DNA from: Candidatus Helarchaeota archaeon | GTDB taxonomy: Archaea > Asgardarchaeota > Lokiarchaeia > Helarchaeales > RDOG01 | Length of the DNA stretch: 36,645 nucleotides | Direction: 5' to 3' | Assembly (NCBI GenBank): GCA_029838215.1 | Contig: JALGVI010000023.1 | Location: 1 to 36,645 of the forward strand | In this document: positions 1 to 9,267 of the stretch, in pieces | Numbering within the stretch: the stretch's first letter is position 1 | Layout of the letters: the number at the start of each line of letters is the position of its first letter | Position numbers and translations under genes: made by a program | Notes under the pieces: model-generated | What the model was told of the DNA's origin: nothing | Databases searched by the model: none | Seen by the model: the letters and a program-made list of their open reading frames with translations, nothing else

Positions 1-887
1 AAATCCTCAGCTATCCTTACGTTTAGCTGATTATTTTGGGGGTTTATGCAATCTGAAAACGATTTATATCTAGAGCTAAGGTGAGTTATTAATAAGTTTT
101 TAACATTTGCCTTTTTAGCTAGTTGGATGGCTTCCGAAATCGTACAATGCCCTCCCTTGATAGCAAGCATGGTATGTTCATCTTTAAAAGTACCATCACA
201 TATTAATAAATCCGAATTTTTACAAAATTCGAGGATTCTTTCAGTTGGACGTGTGTCTCCTGTATAGACTATTTTTCTTCCAGGTCTATTTGGTCCAACT
301 AATTCCCGTGCAGGGATTTTTTTTCCGTTGGAACTGATATAATCTTGTCCATTTCGAAGTGTTCTTAAGTGCGGACCTGGCTTGATTCCATATTGCTGTA
401 ATTTATCTTTTTTTATTTTTCCTCTTCTTTCTTTCTCAAAAAGTCCGTACACAAGGCAAGGAACCACGTGTTCGCCAGGAATGCATTCAATTTTATATTC
501 ACTTGTTTCAAGAATAAGACCCTGTGTTATTTCAATAACATTTAGATTAAACGTTAAATCAAAGATGATCGTTTTTGTAATTGACTGAATGTAATTATTT
601 ATTCCAATTGGCCCAAAAATGCTTAAAGGTATCGTTCTCTTGTACAAACTTAAACTCATTAGTATTCCAGGAATCCCGGTAACGTGATCTCCATGCAAGT
701 GAGTTATAAAAATGCGCGATATCTTGAATAAGCTTATTTTCTTTTTCATGAATTGTAATTGAGTTCCTTCACCAGCATCAAATAAGAGTATTTCTCCTTT
801 TCGTTTGATGACTATAGCTGGTAAATTTCTAGATTCCGTTGGAATCGTTGCGGAGCTTCCCAATACAATTACTTTTAGATCGGACAT
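1..887 (-). CDS. rnz: Ribonuclease Z (tRNA 3' endonuclease), 3'-truncated by window edge
   Basis: Not in the ORF track. Hand translation of the minus strand from ATG 887 gives MSDLKVIVLGSSATIP...LLFDAGEGTQ...IFITHLHGDHVTG (metallo-beta-lactamase HxHxDH), a GP-rich exosite (GIKPGPHL), YTGDTRP, CDGTF, GHCT and LITHLSSRY. The frame stays open to position 1. Confidence 0.95.
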   Translation of the reverse strand, partial: MSDLKVIVLGSSATIPTESRNLPAIVIKRKGEILLFDAGEGTQLQFMKKKISLFKISRIFITHLHGDHVTGIPGILMSLSLYKRTIPLSIFGPIGINNYIQSITKTIIFDLTFNLNVIEITQGLILETSEYKIECIPGEHVVPCLVYGLFEKERRGKIKKDKLQQYGIKPGPHLRTLRNGQDYISSNGKKIPARELVGPNRPGRKIVYTGDTRPTERILEFCKNSDLLICDGTFKDEHTMLAIKGGHCTISEAIQLAKKANVKNLLITHLSSRYKSFSDCINPQNNQLNVRIAED

Positions 888-891
888 TCAA

Positions 892-1944
892 TCACTTTTT
901 TTCTAACACGAAGATTTTGCGCGTTAAGGATTTGTGAACATAATATTCATGAGTTTCTTGGATTTTCAATTGCTTCTGATCAAATAAATCAAGCAAGCGA
1001 ATATTATTCGGAAGGGCAAAACAAATTCGGCATCCACGTCCAATCAGATCTTGGACTTCATTTAAAAAATTACATGTTAATTCATTTAGGTTTAATCCGT
1101 GAGTTGAGCTACTCCGCCCATAGGGTGGATCCGTAGCCATAGCTTGAAAATCACCTTTTATAGGAAGAGATGTTATTGAGGCTTGTAAAAGACCCATATA
1201 TTTTATGTTAAAAAAGGTCATATTTTTTCTTGCACCTATGATCATCTTTCTATTAATGTCCATTCCTAGAACATTTGAACCAATAAAGGCGGCTTCGACC
1301 AAAATGCTTCCTGAACCACAAAAAGGATCTAAAAATGTCTGTCCTGATTTGGCTTTTGAAAGATTTACCATAATTCGAGCAACTTGAGGTTTCATTGCTG
1401 TGGGATGGAAAAAAGGGCGCCGAGTTACTGGGTGCTTGAAAATATCTTTTCGCCCGGTTTCAAGTCTATGAATGCAAAAATATATTTGATCTGCATGACA
1501 AAATCCAAAAAATCTAGTTTCTGGATTTACTAAATCTACTTTCATTTTATTTTTACATTCCTTTCTGATTAATTCCCCAATAAAGCGCTCTAATTTTTCA
1601 CTATTTACTTTTTGACATTTGATTTTCTTGATTCGGACTTGAAACGTCGTGCATTCTGGAGCGTATCTTCCTATTCCTGCTGACTTAATTGATGACACAA
1701 TATCTTGAAAATTAAGGGCTGATTTAAATAGCAGAGAATGAATCGAATGAACCATCGATAAACGGGCATAAAATTTCTTTGGTAAATCTTTCGAAACTTT
1801 AAAAATTACAATTCGATCCACGATTTCTATAATCTTGTAATCAATTTTTTCAATTTCGAGGACAGCTTTTATTTCTGATAAAGGTAATGTAGGATTTTCA
1901 CCGCTTAACAAGGCAAGATATTTCAATGACTTCACGTGTTTCAT
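892..1944 (-). CDS. trm11: tRNA (guanine-10) N2-methyltransferase, THUMP + Rossmann MTase (Trm11/TrmG10 family)
   Basis: N-terminal LLSGENPTLP..E, central THUMP-like region, RPFFHP, SAM-binding FLDPFCGSGSILVEA, TDPPYG and HKSLTR. Its ATG overlaps the prs stop (ATGA). Confidence 0.9.
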   Translation of the reverse strand: MKHVKSLKYLALLSGENPTLPLSEIKAVLEIEKIDYKIIEIVDRIVIFKVSKDLPKKFYARLSMVHSIHSLLFKSALNFQDIVSSIKSAGIGRYAPECTTFQVRIKKIKCQKVNSEKLERFIGELIRKECKNKMKVDLVNPETRFFGFCHADQIYFCIHRLETGRKDIFKHPVTRRPFFHPTAMKPQVARIMVNLSKAKSGQTFLDPFCGSGSILVEAAFIGSNVLGMDINRKMIIGARKNMTFFNIKYMGLLQASITSLPIKGDFQAMATDPPYGRSSSTHGLNLNELTCNFLNEVQDLIGRGCRICFALPNNIRLLDLFDQKQLKIQETHEYYVHKSLTRKIFVLEKK

Positions 1945-2828
1945 TTCTGACGCAATACTCGCGCGATTTCCGTAGCAAGGCTTATTTGACTACATTCAGA
2001 AGGAATTGAATCCGTACCAACGATTTCCCTTGCTCCTGCATTAAAGATCCGATATTTCGCATCTTTTATTAATAATGGATGTGTACATGCAACATAAATA
2101 TCCTTTCCACCTTGAGATTTAATTATTTCGATGGCCTTAATCATTGTCCCTCCTGTTGAAATAATATCATCAATTATTATTACTGATTTTCCAGATACGG
2201 AAAGATTCTTTACTTTCACCGTAATTTCACCCGTAACTCTGTCCCTTGATTTCTCAAGGTGCGAGAATGTAGCGTTCAATTCTTTTGCTAAAAATTTCGC
2301 TCGATCAAGAGCTCCTTCATCAGGTGCCAATACAATGATATCTTTTACGTCCTTTTCACGAAAATAATCTGCAAACAAAGGTAATGCTGATAGGCTTTCT
2401 GCTCGTGCATTTTTAAAAAATTTCAGGATTCTGGGAGAATGGATGTCAAAAGTATAAACCCGTGATAAAGTAGTTCCACCAATTTGTTCAATGATCTCTG
2501 CTATGATTTTTGAACTTAGTGCTTCACCTTTCAAGAAACGTTTATCTTGTCGACCATAGGCAAAATATGGTAGAACTACAATTAACTCCTTGGGTTTTAA
2601 ATTTGTAATTGCTTCGATTAACAGAAAGAGTTCTAACAAATGTTCATCTTGTGGGGGAGAAATTGTCTGAATTAATACTACTTGCTCGTTACTCAAATCT
2701 CCATTTATCTTGACATATATCTCTCCATCTGGAAATTTCTTTACAGTTGTTTGAATGAGAGTGCAATTTAATGAACGTGCGACTTTCACGCTCAAAATCT
2801 GAGTGGTTGTCCCCGGAATGACTAACAT
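1941..2828 (-). CDS. prs: Ribose-phosphate pyrophosphokinase (archaeal type)
   Basis: FPDGE, PYFAYGRQDK, DIHS, LAPDEGA and the PRPP-binding loop IIDDIISTGGT. Confidence 0.96.
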   Translation of the reverse strand: MLVIPGTTTQILSVKVARSLNCTLIQTTVKKFPDGEIYVKINGDLSNEQVVLIQTISPPQDEHLLELFLLIEAITNLKPKELIVVLPYFAYGRQDKRFLKGEALSSKIIAEIIEQIGGTTLSRVYTFDIHSPRILKFFKNARAESLSALPLFADYFREKDVKDIIVLAPDEGALDRAKFLAKELNATFSHLEKSRDRVTGEITVKVKNLSVSGKSVIIIDDIISTGGTMIKAIEIIKSQGGKDIYVACTHPLLIKDAKYRIFNAGAREIVGTDSIPSECSQISLATEIARVLRQK

Positions 2829-2927
2829 TTTTTATTCCACCATGGCTTAACTTAACTAAAGGTTCAGTTTTGTTTTAAAAAAAATTTCTGTTAAAAAGTT
2901 CTATCATGATAAAATTGGTGCAGTCAA

Positions 2928-3977
2928 GTGTTGAAAGAAACATTAATTTATGAAAAAATGCCCGATTCCACCGTAAAATGCGGGATCTGTCCATGGAATT
3001 GCGTTTTAAAACCAAACAAGATAGGTAATTGCCGTACAAGAAAGAACATTGATGGAACTTTATATTCAATGATTTACGGTAAAATTTCTTCTATGGCTGT
3101 CGATCCTGTAGAGAAAAAACCGCTTTATCATTTTTATCCGGGAAGTATGATCTTTTCAATTTCTTCAATTGGCTGTAATTTTCATTGTAAACACTGTCAA
3201 AATGCGTCTATTTCTCAAGTGAATTTCGATGAACATTCCTTGCAAGACTTTACTCCCGAGCAAATAGTATCTCTTACAAAAAGAAAAGGATGCAATCTCA
3301 TAGCATATACTTATAATGAACCTTTAATTTGGCTTGAATTCATCATCGATACCGCAAAATTGGCTCATCAAGAAGGAATTAAAAATGTTTTAGTAACGAA
3401 TGGATACATCACGCTTGAAGCATTGGAAGTTCTTGCTCCTTATGTGGATGCCGCAAATGTCGATATCAAGGCATTTACTGATGAATTCTATCAAAAAATC
3501 GTTGGAGTCCCCAGTTTAAAACCAGTCTTGAACTCTCTAAAATTTATGAAAGAAAAAGATATTTTTCTAGAATGTACTAATTTGCTCATCCCTACTTTAA
3601 ATGATTCAATGAAGGAAATAGAACAACTGACCACGTGGATACTTAAAAATCTAGGTTCCTTTACTCCACTTCACTTCTCTGCATTTCGTCCAATGTACAA
3701 ATTAAAAAATATTCCATCTACTCCTCTTGAAACTATTTTAGCAGCGTGCAAGAAAGCAAAAGAGATCGGATTGCATCACGTTTTTGCAGGAAATGTTTAT
3801 GCTGCAGAATTCGAACACACTTTTTGTCCAAAATGCGGTGCGCTATTGATTGAAAGACACGGATATCGAATCAAGCGAAAAAACCTCACGTTTGAAAACC
3901 ATTGCATGAAATGTGACGTAAAAATAAACATACTTGGAGATGTCAAGGAGAATTCTCAAGGATTTTTATGGTTTTGA
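2928..3977 (+). CDS. AmmeMemoRadiSam-system radical SAM enzyme (PflA-like with Zn ribbons)
   Basis: Radical SAM CNFHCKHC (CX3CX2C), DPVEKKPLYHFYPG, YTYNEP, N-terminal CGIC..C and C-terminal CPKC..CMKC. Confidence 0.88.
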   Translation: MLKETLIYEKMPDSTVKCGICPWNCVLKPNKIGNCRTRKNIDGTLYSMIYGKISSMAVDPVEKKPLYHFYPGSMIFSISSIGCNFHCKHCQNASISQVNFDEHSLQDFTPEQIVSLTKRKGCNLIAYTYNEPLIWLEFIIDTAKLAHQEGIKNVLVTNGYITLEALEVLAPYVDAANVDIKAFTDEFYQKIVGVPSLKPVLNSLKFMKEKDIFLECTNLLIPTLNDSMKEIEQLTTWILKNLGSFTPLHFSAFRPMYKLKNIPSTPLETILAACKKAKEIGLHHVFAGNVYAAEFEHTFCPKCGALLIERHGYRIKRKNLTFENHCMKCDVKINILGDVKENSQGFLWF

Positions 3978-4031
3978 CTTGCTCTATATCAGTCGTTGAC
4001 TTTAAAGCATTTCACATTGATTAAAAAAATT

Positions 4032-4199
4032 ATGTTAGAATTAACTTTAGAGAAAGCGATATTAATTGCAGTAAGTTTAATAGTAACAATCCTATTTGCA
4101 ATGCCAATATTTATGCTTTTAATTGACTTATTAAAAGATTTCAGTCAAATGCTTCATTCCGGTACCATAATTTTTCGTTTCCTGTTAAATTCTCTATGA
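4032..4199 (+). CDS. Possible small single-pass membrane protein (55 aa)
   Basis: ATG 4032 opens MLELTLEKAILIAVSLIVTILFAMPIFMLLI, one long hydrophobic segment. It fills the gap behind the radical SAM gene and is followed by a T-tract (4232-4238). No family motif. Confidence 0.35.
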   Translation: MLELTLEKAILIAVSLIVTILFAMPIFMLLIDLLKDFSQMLHSGTIIFRFLLNSL

Positions 4200-4248
4200 A
4201 TCATAATACCAGTATCAATTATGAGCATGTATTTTTTTCGCAATTAAT

Positions 4249-4358
4249 TGGCGCTGAGAGTGGGATTTGAACCCACGCTCCCCGAAGGGAAACAGGTCTC
4301 TCAAAGGTCATTTTCCCTGAACTCGAGCCTGTCGCCGTAGCCGCTTGGCTATCTCAGC
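4249..4358 (-). tRNA. tRNA-Ser(CGA) with 24-nt intron at 37/38 and encoded CCA
   Basis: Acceptor GCTGAGA/TCTCAGC, discriminator G, CCA. Anticodon stem ACAGG/CCTGT with CGA at 4325-4323. Intron 4321-4298. Long variable arm TCCC-TTCG-GGGA and T-arm GTGGG-TTCAAAT-CCCAC. Mature length is 86 nt. Confidence 0.95.
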
Positions 4359-4409
4359 CTTAATTTGAAGAATATATAAATTCTGAATTAGGAATTTGGT
4401 ATGATTTTA

Positions 4410-5438
4410 TCAAACAACGTGATAATAAATTTTATCGATCATTCCAATGGATTTTAAGTAACTCAATACTTCTTTAGCATCAGTCAAGGAAATCCCTAAA
4501 TTGACATATAGATCGGGTAGAGTGGGTGTCTTATCCAAAATTGAAAAATGCGCAATAACTTTTTTACCAACTGATGCTAAGATCTTCTTTTTTTCTTGAG
4601 ATATTTCACTCAAATTAACTTTTACTGGTTTATCTATCATATTCAAGAGAATCTTTATTTGGTCTCGCGGAATTTTTAATCTAAAAAAGTCGTCTTCTGT
4701 GAATTGACGTTCGTTTTCAATTTCGAACTGAAAAATATCTTCAATGTATTGAGGAAGATTGGTTTTTTGCTCAAACTTATTAACTGTTTCTATTAGAATT
4801 TTTTCTAATTTTGAACATTCCCTTGCCCATTCTTCCTTGAAACTAAAAATAAAGGTCTTTACTTTTTGAGAGTGATACTTGGTTAGGTCAAAATGCTTGT
4901 TTATTCGAGAATCAAACTCATTTTTCATTTCAGCTATTCGATTTCTTATGTCTTGGTATTTTTGATTGAATTCCCTTTTTGCTTTTTTCATTCGACCTTG
5001 CTCAATTAGAAGTTTACACTCTCGAAATAAATCATCTATTTCTAGGGTTAGCTCTCCGAGCTCAGCAACGTGCAACTTCAAAAAATGCCTAAAATTCTGA
5101 AGGCGTGTCATTTGCTTGATGTTCTGTTGCTCAATTTTGGATAAAATGATTTGCTTCTCACGTTTAATTTCTTCTTCGGTTGTACGTTCTTCAGGCATTA
5201 ATCCTAATTCGATAAAACGGCTTTTTATTTCGATTTGTTTTATTGTATCAATATGAGAAAGAAGAAGAAGCTCTGCGATAACCGCAATTGCTCCAAAAAT
5301 AATAACAACTCCCAATTGAAAAAGAAAACCGAAAATTGAAAATAGGTAAAAAAAGAAAACTGCCATAAATCCGGTTCCAAATATTATCGTAATTGTTCCT
5401 GCAAAAAGTCTCTTTTGATATTTCTTCAGTTTTTTCAT
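4410..5438 (-). CDS. Hypothetical membrane-anchored protein: 2 N-terminal TM helices, coiled coil, C-terminal winged-helix-like domain
   Basis: Hydrophobic residues about 11-60, a charged helical middle, and a C-terminal TLPDLYVNLGISLTDAKEVLSYLKSIGMI HTH/wing pattern. Confidence 0.75.
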   Translation of the reverse strand: MKKLKKYQKRLFAGTITIIFGTGFMAVFFFYLFSIFGFLFQLGVVIIFGAIAVIAELLLLSHIDTIKQIEIKSRFIELGLMPEERTTEEEIKREKQIILSKIEQQNIKQMTRLQNFRHFLKLHVAELGELTLEIDDLFRECKLLIEQGRMKKAKREFNQKYQDIRNRIAEMKNEFDSRINKHFDLTKYHSQKVKTFIFSFKEEWARECSKLEKILIETVNKFEQKTNLPQYIEDIFQFEIENERQFTEDDFFRLKIPRDQIKILLNMIDKPVKVNLSEISQEKKKILASVGKKVIAHFSILDKTPTLPDLYVNLGISLTDAKEVLSYLKSIGMIDKIYYHVV

Positions 5439-5463
5439 GGCGCTCCACTATGATATATGAAAT

Positions 5464-6489
5464 TTATGAATTTTCTTCTAAATTGATACTAATCAAGTCG
5501 GCAATGTCTACGCCACCTACTTCAGCAATGCGTCTCAAATTATCGAGAATTGCATCCAGAGGAATCATGGCTCCAACTGGCTCCTTACTTACTAAAATAT
5601 TCGTGTTATCAATTAATTCATTGATTTCTTGGCGCATTGTTATGACTTTTAGAGAAAGATCCATCCGGTTTTCAAAAAGAGCCTTCATTGCATCCTCAAG
5701 AATTTGGCTAGTGAACGTACCAATTTTTTCAATCAAGTTACGAATATTTTTTGGGATTGATACTTTTAATAACTTGATCACATTTTTTGCCATTACAACA
5801 GCATAATCTGCAACGAGTTCAATGCTTTTTACAACCAATCGATAATCTAAAGCTCTTACTGCAGTTATATTCAAACGTCTAGCGAGTACGCTATCTTGAA
5901 CCGCAACTCTTAACTGTCGCACGATCATGAAATACTTTCTATTGACTTCTTCATCCCTTGAAATTACATTATTAGCTAATTCTTCTTTTTTTCCTATGAG
6001 AGCTTCTATTGTATCGTCAACCATTGATTTTGATAAATTAATCATTTCTTCAAGAGTTTCATCGAGAGGGGCCGCACCAGGATCAATTAGGCATTTCAGC
6101 GTAATCTCATTGCTTAATTCTCTTCCAATCTCGACTCCAATGAGTTTATTTTTCGATTTTTTAATCTCGATTCGTTCTGTTGGAGTAATGTTCTTATTCG
6201 ACTTTATGGTAATTGTATTATATCCTGCAAGGTATGCGGCTGTTATTTCTCTACTCAGATTAAATGAAGGATCGCTATAATCTATTGAGATTGTAATAGA
6301 TGGTTTTTTTGAAGGCATTTCTTCTGAATATTTACATTTCAAAACGATTTCATCATAACCCTTTCTGAAAATGGCAATTTTATCTTGAGGCTTGACGTTC
6401 ATGTCTTTAATCCATTGTTTTGGTAACGTCAATGTGAATGTCGAGCCACCGGTTTTCTGTAATTTTCTAAATTCGATTTTTACCACCAA
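5464..6489 (-). CDS. phoU: Archaeal phosphate-uptake regulator: AbrB/SpoVT domain + two PhoU domains
   Basis: RKLQKTGGSTFTLTLPKQW (AbrB-type), then PhoU repeats (VISRDEEVNRKYF..VRQL; SIELVADYA; LRRIAE). Confidence 0.88.
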   Translation of the reverse strand: MVVKIEFRKLQKTGGSTFTLTLPKQWIKDMNVKPQDKIAIFRKGYDEIVLKCKYSEEMPSKKPSITISIDYSDPSFNLSREITAAYLAGYNTITIKSNKNITPTERIEIKKSKNKLIGVEIGRELSNEITLKCLIDPGAAPLDETLEEMINLSKSMVDDTIEALIGKKEELANNVISRDEEVNRKYFMIVRQLRVAVQDSVLARRLNITAVRALDYRLVVKSIELVADYAVVMAKNVIKLLKVSIPKNIRNLIEKIGTFTSQILEDAMKALFENRMDLSLKVITMRQEINELIDNTNILVSKEPVGAMIPLDAILDNLRRIAEVGGVDIADLISINLEENS

Positions 6490-6612
6490 AAAAAGATCAT
6501 TATTCTATATTCTATATATAGATATTGAAAATGTATTTATTAAAAGATCAGAAAAATGAATTTCGAGTTATCCAAAATAAAAAAAAAGATCTAAAAAAAT
6601 GGCAATTCAATT

Positions 6613-6909
6613 CTAAAAATTATTCCATAAGTCAAAGAGGTTTTTTAACGCCATTATTTTCATATTTTCGGTACGAATTCTATAGATGCGAATTCTTCCA
6701 AAACGCTTTTCTTGAACAATTTTTGCTTTTTTAAGGGCATCCAAATGATCTTGGCACGAACTATGATTCAACTTGCACTTTCTTGCTATTTCTGAAATGT
6801 TCAATTCCCCTATTTGTGATAAAACATTCAGGATTTTTACTCGACTTTTCGATGATAGAATTTGTTCAAGAGATGCTTTTATAATATCACGTTCTAATTT
6901 TTCTTGCAT
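6613..6909 (-). CDS. ArsR-like winged HTH transcription regulator
   Basis: LSSKSRVKILNVL..GELNISEIARKCKLNHSSCQDHLDALKKAKIVQEKRFGRIRIY. Overlaps the cdc6 3' end by 23 nt. Confidence 0.85.
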   Translation of the reverse strand: MQEKLERDIIKASLEQILSSKSRVKILNVLSQIGELNISEIARKCKLNHSSCQDHLDALKKAKIVQEKRFGRIRIYRIRTENMKIMALKNLFDLWNNF

Positions 6910-8104
6910 GTTCTTCGATTCTCCTTAAGATTTGGCGTTCAATTTCACCCCCTAGTTCTTCTGCAGGGGCATCAGGGAGTCCGATTAATGTTGTTTTGCC
7001 TCGATAACCTGGTCCAGAGACTCTAGAAGTGATGATTCCAAATTCTTTTAGCACTTTTATATTCTGCCAATTTTTGGTATGTTTCAAGGGTTCGACATCA
7101 AATTCTTCACATATTAATTGATAATGGCTTTCAAGTTCCGAAGTCGTTACAAATGCTTTCTCATCATGCTTTAAAATTCTTGTAATGGCAAGCAATAGTA
7201 ATTTTTGATGTAAGGAAAGCTCTTCTATGAGATCTATGCGTATTACAGGAATCGTTTTAGATTTGGCATCTCGCACGAATTCAGGGACTATTTGCAACAC
7301 ATTACTTGCATCTGCTATTTTTCCCGCATTCCAAAGTAATTCAAGAGCATATCTAGCATCTCCCGATTCTGCAGCTATGTCCGCTATCAAGCTAATAGAA
7401 TCTTCAAGAACAACTCCGTCATAAAATGCTAACAGCACCCTTTGATTGAGAATATCTCTTAATTGTTCTGAATTATATTTTGCCAGCCGAATAAAGTTTT
7501 GTTGAAGAGTGCTTAGCGTGCTTTCATCTAAAACCTCTCTAAAGCTGATGTCTTTGGTGATTAATATGAGATATAATCGTTGAACTGGATTCAATTTATC
7601 ATCCATTAATCTTATTAAACCATAAAGTAGGTTGTGATTTTCATCAATAAGGTATTCAAATTCATCCAAAGTCAATAAAAGAAACGTACCCGTATCTTCT
7701 AAATACTCCGATAGGATATTAAGTAACTCTTCAGTCGAAAACCCCCGTTTTGGGATCGCTGGATCGAAATACCGAACAATCGTTTTTAAGATCATGAATG
7801 GAGTTCTATTTTTACGACAATTTACGTGAACTGTTTTTAAATTTATAAGTCGTTTCAAAGATGATTCTTTTAACATGTTCGTGAATCTCTTTACAACTGC
7901 TGTTTTTCCCGAACCAACAGGTCCGGTCATTATTACATTTCGACTGGCAGACCCTGGAGATTGTAATAATATCTTGAAGACCTGAGCCATTCTCTGTAGT
8001 TCTTTTTTCCTATGAGGAAGCTCATTAGGAATAAAATCTGCCGACAATTTGCTTTCATTTTTGAATACCGTTGGTTTATTGATTTCTTCTTCAATAATGT
8101 TCAT
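6887..8104 (-). CDS. cdc6: Orc1/Cdc6 replication initiator
   Basis: LPHRKKEL, Walker A GPVGSGKT, VHVNC, Walker B LTLDEF, sensor-2 GDARYAL and C-terminal wHTH. SD-like GAGGGTGA just upstream of the ATG. Confidence 0.96.
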   Translation of the reverse strand: MNIIEEEINKPTVFKNESKLSADFIPNELPHRKKELQRMAQVFKILLQSPGSASRNVIMTGPVGSGKTAVVKRFTNMLKESSLKRLINLKTVHVNCRKNRTPFMILKTIVRYFDPAIPKRGFSTEELLNILSEYLEDTGTFLLLTLDEFEYLIDENHNLLYGLIRLMDDKLNPVQRLYLILITKDISFREVLDESTLSTLQQNFIRLAKYNSEQLRDILNQRVLLAFYDGVVLEDSISLIADIAAESGDARYALELLWNAGKIADASNVLQIVPEFVRDAKSKTIPVIRIDLIEELSLHQKLLLLAITRILKHDEKAFVTTSELESHYQLICEEFDVEPLKHTKNWQNIKVLKEFGIITSRVSGPGYRGKTTLIGLPDAPAEELGGEIERQILRRIEEHARKIRT

Positions 8105-8366
8105 TGTTTCACCCTCATTCTTGTTTTCTTAATTCATTCTTGACCTGTACCTTTCAGGATTTTTCTATCCATTCAATAACCACCATTGTCCTTTAAAGTC
8201 GGAGAGAGGTATTGAAAAATATGATTTATTTAGATCAAGTCGTAAGGACATCTTGATGATATGGATAAAAAGCCGAATAGTAGAATGATTTAAAGATTAA
8301 AATAATCGTGTTTAAGCTGAATTGATTTGTTGATTATCAAATAATTAGTCCGATTCGTGATATTAT

Positions 8367-8681
8367 ATGAATGAAGAATATGTTTTTAAAATTACCTTGC
8401 GTTTTTTTTCAATTCTTAAAAATATCACGGGCAAAAAAGAAATAGAACTTACAATTGGCGAGCAAGATGATACTCTTCACGGTGCTCTTTTTAAAATTTG
8501 CAAGGAATATGGAAAACACTTCCAAGAATTTATGTTTAAGAATGAAACAAGCCAACTTAATCCAAACTTGATTATCTTGATAAATGATATTGATGTCAAT
8601 CTCTTGAATGGATTAGACACGCGTCTAATAAAAGGAGACGTTATCACGATTTTTCCGACTATACATGGGGGTGCAACGTGA
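8367..8681 (+). CDS. Ubiquitin-like beta-grasp protein (MoaD/SAMP/Urm1 type) ending GG-AT
   Basis: ITLRFFSILKNITGKKEIEL...ILINDIDVNLLNGLDTRL..GDVITIFPTIHGG, then two more residues (GCA ACG) before TGA. Confidence 0.88.
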   Translation: MNEEYVFKITLRFFSILKNITGKKEIELTIGEQDDTLHGALFKICKEYGKHFQEFMFKNETSQLNPNLIILINDIDVNLLNGLDTRLIKGDVITIFPTIHGGAT

Positions 8682-9250
8682 TTCAAGCATTTATAAAAAA
8701 GTTGGTTGATCTAGATGTGAAATTATTCTTTAGAATAAACAAGATAACATCACCTAAAATTGACAAAGTTATGAAGTATTATTCTATTCTTTTAGGTCAT
8801 TTTGTCTTCTGGATTGCCATCTTACTCGTTCCTATATTTCTAAACTTCATTGATGAAGTGGCAATGATCATCCTTGGAATGTTCGAAAACGTGTGCTTGG
8901 CATATTGCTTGAAATACATATTTCAAAGACCTCGTCCATATGAAGTCTTGGTAGGCGTGAAAGTCTTGGATGCTCAAGGCGATCCATCATTTCCAAGTAG
9001 CCATGTTCAAAATTGCACTTGTTTTACCGTAATCACTAGCATAATTTGGCCTTTTACATTTTTGCCTCTTCTGATTATTGTCTTAATGCTTGCTTTTAGC
9101 CGAATTTATGTCGGTGCTCATTATCCTAGCGACGTGATGGGCGGTATTCTCCTAGGAATTGTTTTTTCTTTTTTATACTTGGTATGGCTTTATCCTATTG
9201 CTGTTGTAATTTATAACTTATTGTCAATTTCATTTTCTTTGTTTTTTTAG
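8678..9250 (+). CDS. PAP2-family membrane lipid phosphate phosphatase
   Basis: The three PAP2 motifs KYIFQRPRP, PSSH and SRIYVGAHYPSD, plus several TM segments. Its GTG overlaps the upstream TGA. Confidence 0.92.
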   Translation: MIQAFIKKLVDLDVKLFFRINKITSPKIDKVMKYYSILLGHFVFWIAILLVPIFLNFIDEVAMIILGMFENVCLAYCLKYIFQRPRPYEVLVGVKVLDAQGDPSFPSSHVQNCTCFTVITSIIWPFTFLPLLIIVLMLAFSRIYVGAHYPSDVMGGILLGIVFSFLYLVWLYPIAVVIYNLLSISFSLFF

Positions 9251-9267
9251 TTTTTAGCATAATGGAA

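Noticed and set aside
382-588. 68-aa plus-strand ORF from the track
   Set aside because: Antisense shadow of rnz, which occupies 1-887 on the minus strand with clear motifs.
8165-8251. 28-codon minus-strand ORF (MSLRLDLNKSYFSIPLSDFKGQWWLLNG) upstream of cdc6
   Set aside because: Too short, with no SD or family support; cannot be distinguished from chance.
8105-8366. Replication origin directly upstream of cdc6
   Set aside because: AT-rich, but I found no ORB or mini-ORB (TCCA..GAAA plus G-string) repeats.
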